Source: Sedimentisphaerales bacterium
GTDB taxonomy: Bacteria; Planctomycetota; Phycisphaerae; Sedimentisphaerales; SM23-30
Assembly (NCBI GenBank): GCA_963663965.2
Contig: CAXXFK010000013.1
Location: forward strand, 128,001-192,000
Direction of reading: 5' to 3'
DNA length: 64,000 nt
The position numbers and the translations under genes are program-made. Position 1 is the stretch's first letter. Each line of letters opens with the position of its first letter. Below, piece by piece: positions 8,834 to 17,185 of this stretch. The notes below the pieces were generated by a model. It did no database searches. It was not told the DNA's origin and saw only the letters and a list, made by a program, of their open reading frames with translations.

Positions 8834-9190
8834 ATGATCATCGTCAATACGGAAACGATACCAGGAATGCGGATTAAGCAGGTGTTGGGCCTGGTGCAAG
8901 GCAATACGATTCGTGCCAAACATATCGGGCGTGATATCGCGGCCGGGTTAAAGAACCTGGTGGGTGGTGAGTTGACCGGCTATACGGAGTTGCTGACCGA
9001 ATCGCGCCGTCAGGCGGTGGAGCGGATGATGGCTCAGGCGGCTCAGTTGCGCGCCAACGCGATTGTCAATGTCCGGTTCAGTACCAGTTCGATCACCCAG
9101 GGTGCGGCTGAGTTGTATGCCTACGGTACGGCCGTGCTGGTCGAGGCGGAAACCGATGACGATGATGATACGGATGAGTCGATCATCTAA
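8834..9190 (+). CDS. YbjQ/UPF0145 family protein
   Basis: GLVQG..IRAKH.GRD..AGLKN.VGGEL.GY..LL.ESR..A..RM, AYGTAV; AAGGAG RBS. Confidence 0.92.
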   Translation: MIIVNTETIPGMRIKQVLGLVQGNTIRAKHIGRDIAAGLKNLVGGELTGYTELLTESRRQAVERMMAQAAQLRANAIVNVRFSTSSITQGAAELYAYGTAVLVEAETDDDDDTDESII

Positions 9191-9205
9191 GGAGGTCAGC
9201 CTGTT

Positions 9206-9682
9206 ATGGAACAGATTCTTATCCCACTGGGTTTATTGATTCTGGCGTTTTTTACCGGCCGGGCGGCCGAAAACAGTCATTTTAAACGTTTGCAGCAGCG
9301 TGAAGAGGCGATGCGTGATATTCTGCTCAGCGATCTTAAACGTTTTCCGGGGGGCGCCGATGGCAAGAGGACGCCCAGTATGGTGGTTGGGCAGGTCGTG
9401 ATCGCCACGGATTATCTGAAAACGTTTATCGCGAATATCAAACATATTCTGGGTGGCGAGCTTAAAACCTACGATAAATTGCTGGAGCGAGCCCGCCGGG
9501 AAGCGATTTGCCGGATGATGGAGCAGGCCCGGCAGTTGGGCTACGACGCAGTCTGTAATATCCGGATCGAGTTCAGTAATATTGGCAGCAATACCGGCAA
9601 TCGCAAACATGAAATGGTGACGGTGGAAGCGATGGCGTACGGTACGGGTTATTGCCGGACAGGACAATCGGCTTATGAGTAA
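9206..9682 (+). CDS. YbjQ family protein with N-terminal TM helix
   Basis: V.GQVVI..DY.K.F.A.IK..LGGE...Y..LL.RARREA..RM, AYGTG. Confidence 0.88.
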   Translation: MEQILIPLGLLILAFFTGRAAENSHFKRLQQREEAMRDILLSDLKRFPGGADGKRTPSMVVGQVVIATDYLKTFIANIKHILGGELKTYDKLLERARREAICRMMEQARQLGYDAVCNIRIEFSNIGSNTGNRKHEMVTVEAMAYGTGYCRTGQSAYE

Positions 9683-10457
9683 ACGGCGTGATAAAGACCC
9701 ATCGGTCTTTAACGAGCCCTGGTTGAAAGAGAATGGATCCGAGACGGATTCTGTGTCGCCGGACAAGCGTCCGCTGACCCGGCGGCAACTGGATAAACTG
9801 GAAGATGAGTTAGTTGAGCATACGGTCTGGGATGAACCATCGCTGGCTGATCGAGCCGGGCGGGGAGCGGATACCGAGGGATTAACCTGGTCGCAATGGT
9901 ATCTGCGGCGGTGCGGCCAGACGAGTCTGGGGTATTCGTGGCTGATGACGTTGTTGATCGCGGTCGCTGCCGGTCCATTTGCGGTTATTGCCGCACTCAC
10001 GAGCGGTCAGGCGGTTGGCATACCGGCCATTGCCATGATGTTTTATGTGGTGCTGTTGGGCCCGATGGTGGAAGAGATCGTCAAGACGGCGATGATCGCC
10101 TATGTGGTGGAGAAGCGCCCGTATCTTTTGCGGAGTCGATTGCAAATATTTTTGATGGCATTGGCCAGTTCGCTGGCATTTGCCAGTATTGAAAATCTGA
10201 TGTATCTGAACATACTGATCAAGGACCCATCGCCGGTGATTTTTCAGTGGCGCTGGACGGTATGCACGTTTATGCATTGCGGTTGTACGACTATCGCGGG
10301 ACTGGGGTTAATGCGTTTATGGAAAGGGGTAAAGGATCGGCGGGAGAAGGCGAATATGACCGGTTTATATCCCTATCTGGCGACTGCCATCGTTTTGCAT
10401 AGCGCGTATAATGCCTGGACGGTTATTATGGAGCAGACGGAATTATTGAAATTTTAA
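9675..10457 (+). CDS. PrsW-family intramembrane glutamic metalloprotease
   Basis: GP.VEE..K, FA.IEN..Y, H, LH..YN motifs; multiple TM helices. Confidence 0.85.
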   Translation: MSKRRDKDPSVFNEPWLKENGSETDSVSPDKRPLTRRQLDKLEDELVEHTVWDEPSLADRAGRGADTEGLTWSQWYLRRCGQTSLGYSWLMTLLIAVAAGPFAVIAALTSGQAVGIPAIAMMFYVVLLGPMVEEIVKTAMIAYVVEKRPYLLRSRLQIFLMALASSLAFASIENLMYLNILIKDPSPVIFQWRWTVCTFMHCGCTTIAGLGLMRLWKGVKDRREKANMTGLYPYLATAIVLHSAYNAWTVIMEQTELLKF

Positions 10458-10464
10458 CAGCTGG

Positions 10465-11145
10465 TCATGCCTGTGCGGTTGAATAATTCAGGGTGTATTC
10501 CATCTGGAATTCGCGTATTTTATTGAGTTTGCTTTCGCCGGCGATTGACTGGGTAGTAATCAGGCGGGCGCCTTTGGATTCGATTTTGCGTATGGTCATA
10601 CCGGGATTATCGGAACCGGTCAGATCGGTGGCATCGATTACGAGAGAGACTTTTCTGCGCCGTTGACGCAATCCGAGAACCGTTTTCAGGATGGCGTGGT
10701 CCAACCCGGTACCGAAGACAATGTATTCATCCGCCTTGTATTCGCTCAGGAGCCGGTCGGCTCGCGGCAGTTCAAAGGGATCAGGCAGGCGTTTATCGAA
10801 GATGACCTGATCATATGACGAGAGCAGGTCTTGAGGCAGATCGAGGCGGTTTTCGGCTTCATATTCGATGCGGTTGGCCCGGAGGGTATAGGGTATTTTG
10901 CGGGCGCCGCGTGATCCTTCGATACAGAGGGTATGGAAATCGGTGGTTTCATCCGGTGTATGATCGGATCGAAATGTTAAGGCCGTGGAAATCACGGGAA
11001 TGGATTTGACCCGTGCCCAGGCAAACAGGCGCCGGATATTTCTGAGCAGGTTACGCCGGTCTTTGCCGTCATCGATAAGCAAATCGTACTGGGTATCCAC
11101 ATCAATCAGTACACGCCGTTGTCTGAATCGAAAAAACTTGGCCAT
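10465..11145 (-). CDS. Isochorismatase/nicotinamidase-fold protein (catalytic Cys apparently absent)
   Basis: LIDVDTQYD, CIEGS.GA.K, IFDK; G.GLDHAI where G..TDYCV is expected. Confidence 0.75.
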   Translation of the reverse strand: MAKFFRFRQRRVLIDVDTQYDLLIDDGKDRRNLLRNIRRLFAWARVKSIPVISTALTFRSDHTPDETTDFHTLCIEGSRGARKIPYTLRANRIEYEAENRLDLPQDLLSSYDQVIFDKRLPDPFELPRADRLLSEYKADEYIVFGTGLDHAILKTVLGLRQRRRKVSLVIDATDLTGSDNPGMTIRKIESKGARLITTQSIAGESKLNKIREFQMEYTLNYSTAQA

Positions 11146-11458
11146 AGTCAGGCTCCTCCGCCCCGAAAAACATTACTTACCAGAATTTCGTTTGGGGTAA
11201 TAGAAAATAATTATGAAAACTACAGCAGGAAACGGGCTGATTCTGGATTGGATAGCAGATCCATAATCAGTCATTACCAATGTTTCCTGTTGTTAGTAAC
11301 CTCTATTGTTATGTTAATAGAGCTGTTTATGTAATGTTTCGGTTTGTTTCTGGATTAAATTAAAGTAATTCAAATGAGCCTGATAATGCCTGCAGGGCTG
11401 CCCAGGCAGTCCTGTTTAACCAGTTGATAAAATTCTGGCTTTATAATATGATAGGCTT

Positions 11459-12115
11459 ATGAAATCAGAAAATGTCAAAGAAGTACAAGAAAAGCCTCAC
11501 ACGAATGAAGCTATCGCGGTAGATATCGATAAGTGTTTGGAAATGATGGACTTGGGGGATTTATTTAAAAGTTATGGTCCGGTGGAACTGGAAGTGGGTT
11601 CGGGGAAAGGGACTTTTCTGTTGAACCAGTCCCGTATTCATAAGGATCGCAACTACCTTGGGATAGAATGGGCCAATGAATTTTACCGCTATAGTGTGGA
11701 CCGGATGCGGCGGTGGAATATAAGAAATGTGCGGGTATTGCGAACGGATGCGCGTGACTTTATCAGACGTTATGTTCGCGATGGCGCGATCGAGGTGTTA
11801 CATATCTATTTTCCAGATCCCTGGCCGAAGAACAAGCATCATAAGCGTCGATTTTTTCAAAGGGAGAATATTTTGCAGGTCCACCGCATACTGGCACCGG
11901 GGGGGGAATTGCGGGTGGCAACAGATCATCGGGATTATTTTGAATTGATGCGGCAGGTGATGCTGAGGGATGAAAAAGTGGCGCCGTTATTTGAGGAGAC
12001 AGATTTTTATCCGTTGGATGCGGCTGAGGAGGGGGAATTGGTTGGGAGTAATTTCGAGAGGAAGTATATCAAAGAGGGGCGGGAATTTTATAAAATGGCG
12101 CTGAGGAAAATATAA
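11459..12115 (+). CDS. trmB: tRNA (guanine-N7-)-methyltransferase
   Basis: ELEVGSGKG, YLGIE, HIYFPDPWPK.KHHKRR, ATDH..YF, S.FERKY. Confidence 0.95.
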   Translation: MKSENVKEVQEKPHTNEAIAVDIDKCLEMMDLGDLFKSYGPVELEVGSGKGTFLLNQSRIHKDRNYLGIEWANEFYRYSVDRMRRWNIRNVRVLRTDARDFIRRYVRDGAIEVLHIYFPDPWPKNKHHKRRFFQRENILQVHRILAPGGELRVATDHRDYFELMRQVMLRDEKVAPLFEETDFYPLDAAEEGELVGSNFERKYIKEGREFYKMALRKI

Positions 12116-12465
12116 TATAATCCCATAAAAAAGGTGATCGAATTCTGTATTAGTAGGGATTTGATCGTATGGGCGGATTCCTGATTATCTGAGGGATTAT
12201 CTGATACTGGCCTGATTGAGAGAGTCTCAAAAAATTTTATTGAGGCGTCCATAATTTGTTAACCCGTCTGAAATTGCGGGCAAGGTTCAAATGTGAACAT
12301 TGTGGTCGGGGTTCATAGAATCAAAGAGATGGTTTGTAAAACAGAAGAATTGTTTTTATAAGTTACGACCTGGTAATAAGATAAAAGAATTTGTCGAAAT
12401 AATTCTGTTTAAAAATCAGCTCAATTCATCATTAATAGTAAACGGATATTCTCTACTGATTTATA

Positions 12466-13020
12466 ATGAAAATAGAACAAAGTCATAACCCTCCAAACGA
12501 TCAACACATAAAAGAGTTCGTGTCGTTGCTAACGGCCAGTCAGGCCCGGCTGTATTCGTATATTCTGTCTCTGTCGCCCAATTTTAACGAAGCTGACGAT
12601 CTTTTGCAGGAAACGACCAAATTGATGTGGGAGAAGTTTGGTGACTTTAAACCGGGAACGGATTTTATTGCGTGGGGAAAACGGATCGCTTATATTCTGG
12701 TTATGCAGCATTATCGTATCCGTAAGAAGGAGCAGGGCTTGTGTCTGCCGGAAAATCTGATTGAAACTTTGGAGCGAGAACAGCAAAAGCATTCGGACCG
12801 CACGATCGATTATCTGGTATTCTTAAAGGAGTGTATGAAGAAATTGAACCGGCAGGATCGCCGCTTGCTGCGTTTACGTTATCATGAAGAATGCAATGTG
12901 CGGGAGATCTCCAGCCGTTTTGGTTTTACGGTCCAGTATATTTACAAAAACATCTCCCGGATCCATCAGTTGTTGCTGGGATGCGTTCAGAAACGGATTT
13001 TGTTCCAGGAGCAACGCTAA
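12466..13020 (+). CDS. ECF sigma-70 factor, Rhodopirellula/Verrucomicrobium type
   Basis: LYSYILSL.P....ADDLLQET...MW.KF.DF.PGTDF.AW; region 4 LL.LRY. Confidence 0.9.
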   Translation: MKIEQSHNPPNDQHIKEFVSLLTASQARLYSYILSLSPNFNEADDLLQETTKLMWEKFGDFKPGTDFIAWGKRIAYILVMQHYRIRKKEQGLCLPENLIETLEREQQKHSDRTIDYLVFLKECMKKLNRQDRRLLRLRYHEECNVREISSRFGFTVQYIYKNISRIHQLLLGCVQKRILFQEQR

Positions 13021-14750
13021 TGGAATTGGCAGAACCGATTAAAGTAGAGATTATGGATCTGACGATCTTATCGCTGGAAGGCCAGGTAACCCGAGAACAG
13101 TACCAGCGGTTGATTGATCTGCTGCAAATCGAACCGGCAGCGCGCGCGTATTATTTTCAGGTGTTGGCAATCAGCGAATCGGTGCGTAAACTGGACTGGG
13201 ATACTGAATTGTTGCGGTTGAGTGAGGGGGATCTCGAGAAATCAGGTGATTATTGGAAATTCTGGCAGAAGATGCTGGAGCGGGAACAAACCGCGCGGGC
13301 TTTGACGATTCCCCGGCCGTCTGAATCGGACCCAAAAGAAAGTCGGTCGGCCATCGTTGATATACCGGAAAAAGCCGGCCCGTATCGGGGTAACAATGGC
13401 ATACTGGCCGCGGCGGTCATTGGGCTGGCGCTGGTCTCGATGTTGCTGATCTACGATCGATTTACGGCATCCACCGGGACCTCGGCTGTGATAACCCGCA
13501 GTTTACAGGCAGTATGGGGTGAGACCAGAAAGTCGCTGCATGCAGGGGATCCTTTACCCGCAGAGCGGCTCACATTAAGAGAAGGTCTGGCTGAAATTCA
13601 ATTCGAGAATGGCGCGGAAGTGGTCCTGGAAGGTCCGGCCGAGATACGGGTATTGTCGGATAGCCGGATGTATTTGTATCATGGGAAGTTAACCGCCAAG
13701 GTGGGCCATGAGGCGCTGGGATTTGTGATTGATACTCCCAGTGGTAAAGTGCTGGACCTGGGAACGGAGTTTGGTGTTGGCGTAGATCTGGAGGAGCGTA
13801 CACAGGTCCATGTGTTCCGGGGTGAGGTGATGGTTTATCCGATGGATTCGAAGTCGAATTACCGGCTGGAGCCAGGCAAGGCCCGGTCCATCAGCCGGGA
13901 TGGCACGACGGCAGAAGTCGATTATGATCCGGTGACGTTTATCCGGGAAAAAGAGCTGACTGTCCAGCTGGCCGCACGGCAAGGGGATGACCGGGCCCGT
14001 TGGCGGGCGTTTGTGTACGACCAGCACCGGGATAAATCGTTGGTGGGACATTATTTCGATGAGCAGGATATCAAGCGGCCAGCTATGCTGCTGAACAGTG
14101 TTTATGGTGAAGGTGTTTCTCAACCGGGCGTTTTTGGTACGGAAGGGCGCAATAAGCCCGGATGGGTTCAGGGGCGCTGGCCGGGAGAAATGGCGGTACG
14201 ATTGGAGCGGGACAAACACCAATCGATTGTCATTCCCGCGCAGGAACCGCTTTCGTTGCATGGTCCGATTACGATTGCCGCCTGGATTTACTATCCCAAC
14301 GAAAAACAGATGGGCGGCCATCTGATTTCCTGTCGACAGGATAATGATGTTAATTATCAATATTCGATATTTGACAGTCATTACAGTGTTTCCGAACAGC
14401 AGAATCGATTTGAATTCCTGCGATATGAAGATGACGTGCAGAATCGATCGTACAGCAAGGTGTTTTATCAGCAGCCGAACACCTGGTATTATTTTTGCGC
14501 CACGCATGATAACGAAACTTTAAAGTTTTACGTGAATGGCGAATTATTTGACTTATCGTCCTATGCCAGCCAGGTCGCGCCCCTGACCGCTGAGATCGTT
14601 ATCGGATCGATGAAACGGGAAGGGCGTTATGTGATGACCCAAGGCGATTTTGACGGCATTATCGATGATCTGATGTTATTTGACCGTTGTTTGACGGATG
14701 TTGAGATCAAGGCATTTTATGAAGCCGGGAAACCGATTTCCGGCGATTAA
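13020..14750 (+). CDS. FecR-domain anti-sigma factor with C-terminal LamG domain
   Basis: ATG overlaps sigma stop; TM; L.EG.AEI.F.NGA.V.LEGPA, GF.IDTP.G.V.DLGTEFGV; LamG F.G.IDDL.LF..L. Confidence 0.88.
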   Translation: MELAEPIKVEIMDLTILSLEGQVTREQYQRLIDLLQIEPAARAYYFQVLAISESVRKLDWDTELLRLSEGDLEKSGDYWKFWQKMLEREQTARALTIPRPSESDPKESRSAIVDIPEKAGPYRGNNGILAAAVIGLALVSMLLIYDRFTASTGTSAVITRSLQAVWGETRKSLHAGDPLPAERLTLREGLAEIQFENGAEVVLEGPAEIRVLSDSRMYLYHGKLTAKVGHEALGFVIDTPSGKVLDLGTEFGVGVDLEERTQVHVFRGEVMVYPMDSKSNYRLEPGKARSISRDGTTAEVDYDPVTFIREKELTVQLAARQGDDRARWRAFVYDQHRDKSLVGHYFDEQDIKRPAMLLNSVYGEGVSQPGVFGTEGRNKPGWVQGRWPGEMAVRLERDKHQSIVIPAQEPLSLHGPITIAAWIYYPNEKQMGGHLISCRQDNDVNYQYSIFDSHYSVSEQQNRFEFLRYEDDVQNRSYSKVFYQQPNTWYYFCATHDNETLKFYVNGELFDLSSYASQVAPLTAEIVIGSMKREGRYVMTQGDFDGIIDDLMLFDRCLTDVEIKAFYEAGKPISGD

Positions 14751-14780
14751 TATTAACTTATTATAGTGGAGGTTACTGAG

Positions 14781-16991
14781 ATGAATAACCGAAGGACCAG
14801 AATGTTTCTCTGTTTTGCACTCCTGCTAGCTATCAGTCTGGCACAGGGGGCATTGACTAAAATAGACGATTTCGAAAGCTACGCGTTAGGACGAGTCGAT
14901 GAAGTGACCGGCGGCAACTGGAAAGGGATTACGAGCAATACCGGTTTTGCTTCGATCAACACCGATGACGCCGACGCGGCTAATCAGGTACTTCGATTAC
15001 AGCAATATGGCAGTCAGGCTCGGGGTCTTTACTGTAACTTGAGTGAGGAAAACTCGATTGCAGAAGGCGCCACTCGCACGTTGTATTTTCGATTTCGTGT
15101 GAGCGGAACCGGGACCAATCACGCTATCGGTATGACCAGTGTTGACGCTCCAACCACCTGGGGCGATTACAGGGCTCAGATTGTATTTAACGCCGGTAAT
15201 CTTCAAGTTCGTGATGGCGGTACGGCTCGCAATGCCACCAATTTTACCTTGCAAACCGGTACGACCGAGCCGTTTTACAATGCCTGGATGGTGATCGATA
15301 ACGGGAGCGATACCTATCAGCTGTATGTTCATCAGAATGGCAATACCAGCGCGACGGAAAGTGACCGGATTATGGTGGGGACTCAAGACACTTTTGCGTT
15401 TCGAACCGGCACCACAGAAACGCTCGATTGTTTTTTTGAATTCTGCAATACCGGCGGTGAGACGGTCTGGGTGGATGATGTTTATATCATGGATGGCGAA
15501 ACGCTGATCCATCCAGCTGCTGCCCATGAGCCGAATCCGGTTGATGGCGCCGTGGATGTGTTATCCTCGGCTACCCTGAGCTGGAAGACCGGTCTGGATC
15601 CAGTTGATCAGGAAGGTCCTAATCCGGCGATTACCAGGCATTATGTCTATTTTGTCGCAGATGCCGAACCGAATTTTGCAGGTGTGGAACCGGTAGTTAT
15701 TGAAGCTTCAGGCGATGGCGGGACCTATGCTCCCACGCTGGCGATGGACCTGACCTGTTACTGGCGGGTGGATGAGAGCGTCAACAATTCACTGCCGGAT
15801 GATCCCAATACGATTATTGGAGCAATCTGGAGCTTTGAAACGCTCAAATCGATTCCGGTGATCATGACCGATCTGGCGAACGAACGGGTTTTTGCCGGCG
15901 AAACTGCGGCATATACCTGTGCATTCAGCAGTCTGTCGGAGCCGACCGTCGTCTGGAAAAAATATGTAGATGGTGTCAACGATGAGACCCTGATAACAGA
16001 TGGTGACTATAGTGTGGCTCTGGAATCAACGGGAACCGATTATGTCGCCAGTCTAAATGTTGCGAACGCTGAAGAGGGGGACCAGGGATGGTATTATTGT
16101 TTATTGACCAATAAGAGCGGTCAGTCAGCGGTTGAGTCGAAACATGCGGAATTGGTTATTAAGAAATTGCTGGCGCAGTATGAATTCGAGAATAATTTTG
16201 CTGACTCCGTGGGGACCAGTCATGGCATGGGCAGCAGTTATCCCGATCCGAATACCGGCGGTCCTGTGTTTGTTGCCGGCCGGGTAGCAGGGACACAGGC
16301 GGTCAGCTTTGACGGAGTCGATGATTATGTTGACCTGGGTCTGGACGCTTACCCCAAGGCCGGGTTGGGCAGTGGTCTGGATAGCGCGACGCTGACCTGC
16401 TGGATTATGCCAACCAAGGAAGGCATTTTTATGTCCAACTATAACGATGGCGGTATGACCGGATTCGCATTCAGTATGACGAGCGCATCGGAAGTCCGGA
16501 TCAATGTCCGGGGTGAAAACGCCGATAATACCGGGGCGATCGATATTGGCACTCAGTTGGGCAAGCCGTCCACGGACTTCAATATGATCAATGAGGATCA
16601 GTGGCACTTTGCCGTGGCAACCTGGCTGGCCGGCGGCCGGATTGAAGTTTATGTCGATGGTGTTTACGTGGTTGGCGCCAACGCCGGTCTTCCGGTGAAT
16701 TATGCGGACTGGATGCGGGCGGTCACCCTGGGCGCTTCGCGCACCGCAGCGGACCGGAATGTGCTGGGTACCTTCTATGGCGGCGCCATGGATGATTTCC
16801 GGGTCTATAATTATTTCATGGATAAGTATGAAGTCGCCGAACTATATTATGAGGCAACCGGCCAGAGTGTTTGTATCGATCCTTATGAAAGCGCTTTGGA
16901 TCTGAATCAAGACTGCGTCGTTAATCTGGGCGATCTGGCCCATCTGGCCAGCAGCTGGTTGAGTTGCGGTTTGTATCCTTATTGTCCATAA
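14781..16991 (+). CDS. Secreted Ig/LamG-domain protein with C-terminal dockerin-like motif
   Basis: GGAGG RBS, signal peptide, YWRVDE, Ig (D.GWYYC), LamG (G.MDDFRVYN), DLNQDC.V.L.DL..LA..WL. Confidence 0.85.
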   Translation: MNNRRTRMFLCFALLLAISLAQGALTKIDDFESYALGRVDEVTGGNWKGITSNTGFASINTDDADAANQVLRLQQYGSQARGLYCNLSEENSIAEGATRTLYFRFRVSGTGTNHAIGMTSVDAPTTWGDYRAQIVFNAGNLQVRDGGTARNATNFTLQTGTTEPFYNAWMVIDNGSDTYQLYVHQNGNTSATESDRIMVGTQDTFAFRTGTTETLDCFFEFCNTGGETVWVDDVYIMDGETLIHPAAAHEPNPVDGAVDVLSSATLSWKTGLDPVDQEGPNPAITRHYVYFVADAEPNFAGVEPVVIEASGDGGTYAPTLAMDLTCYWRVDESVNNSLPDDPNTIIGAIWSFETLKSIPVIMTDLANERVFAGETAAYTCAFSSLSEPTVVWKKYVDGVNDETLITDGDYSVALESTGTDYVASLNVANAEEGDQGWYYCLLTNKSGQSAVESKHAELVIKKLLAQYEFENNFADSVGTSHGMGSSYPDPNTGGPVFVAGRVAGTQAVSFDGVDDYVDLGLDAYPKAGLGSGLDSATLTCWIMPTKEGIFMSNYNDGGMTGFAFSMTSASEVRINVRGENADNTGAIDIGTQLGKPSTDFNMINEDQWHFAVATWLAGGRIEVYVDGVYVVGANAGLPVNYADWMRAVTLGASRTAADRNVLGTFYGGAMDDFRVYNYFMDKYEVAELYYEATGQSVCIDPYESALDLNQDCVVNLGDLAHLASSWLSCGLYPYCP

Positions 16992-17005
16992 TTTAAGATT
17001 TCGAG

Positions 17006-17054
17006 CTGAATGGACAGGGCAAAGAATCGCTCTGTCCATTCAGATTTAATTTTT
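17006..17054 (+). terminator. Intrinsic terminator
   Basis: 15-bp stem ctgaatggacagggc/gctctgtccattcag followed by a T-rich tract. Confidence 0.75.
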
Positions 17055-17185
17055 GATGTTGAAGCCAGTATTTCTGGCGGCAAATTAGATATGCAAAAGA
17101 AGATATACCGGCTCAAAACCGGGAATAGACCGGTTATGAGTTGATTAACCGGCTGAATAACGTGGATAACAAGCAAGGAAGTCAA

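Noticed and set aside
12170..12255. Short GATTATCTGA duplication and weak inverted repeat after trmB
   Set aside because: Too short and degenerate to distinguish from chance
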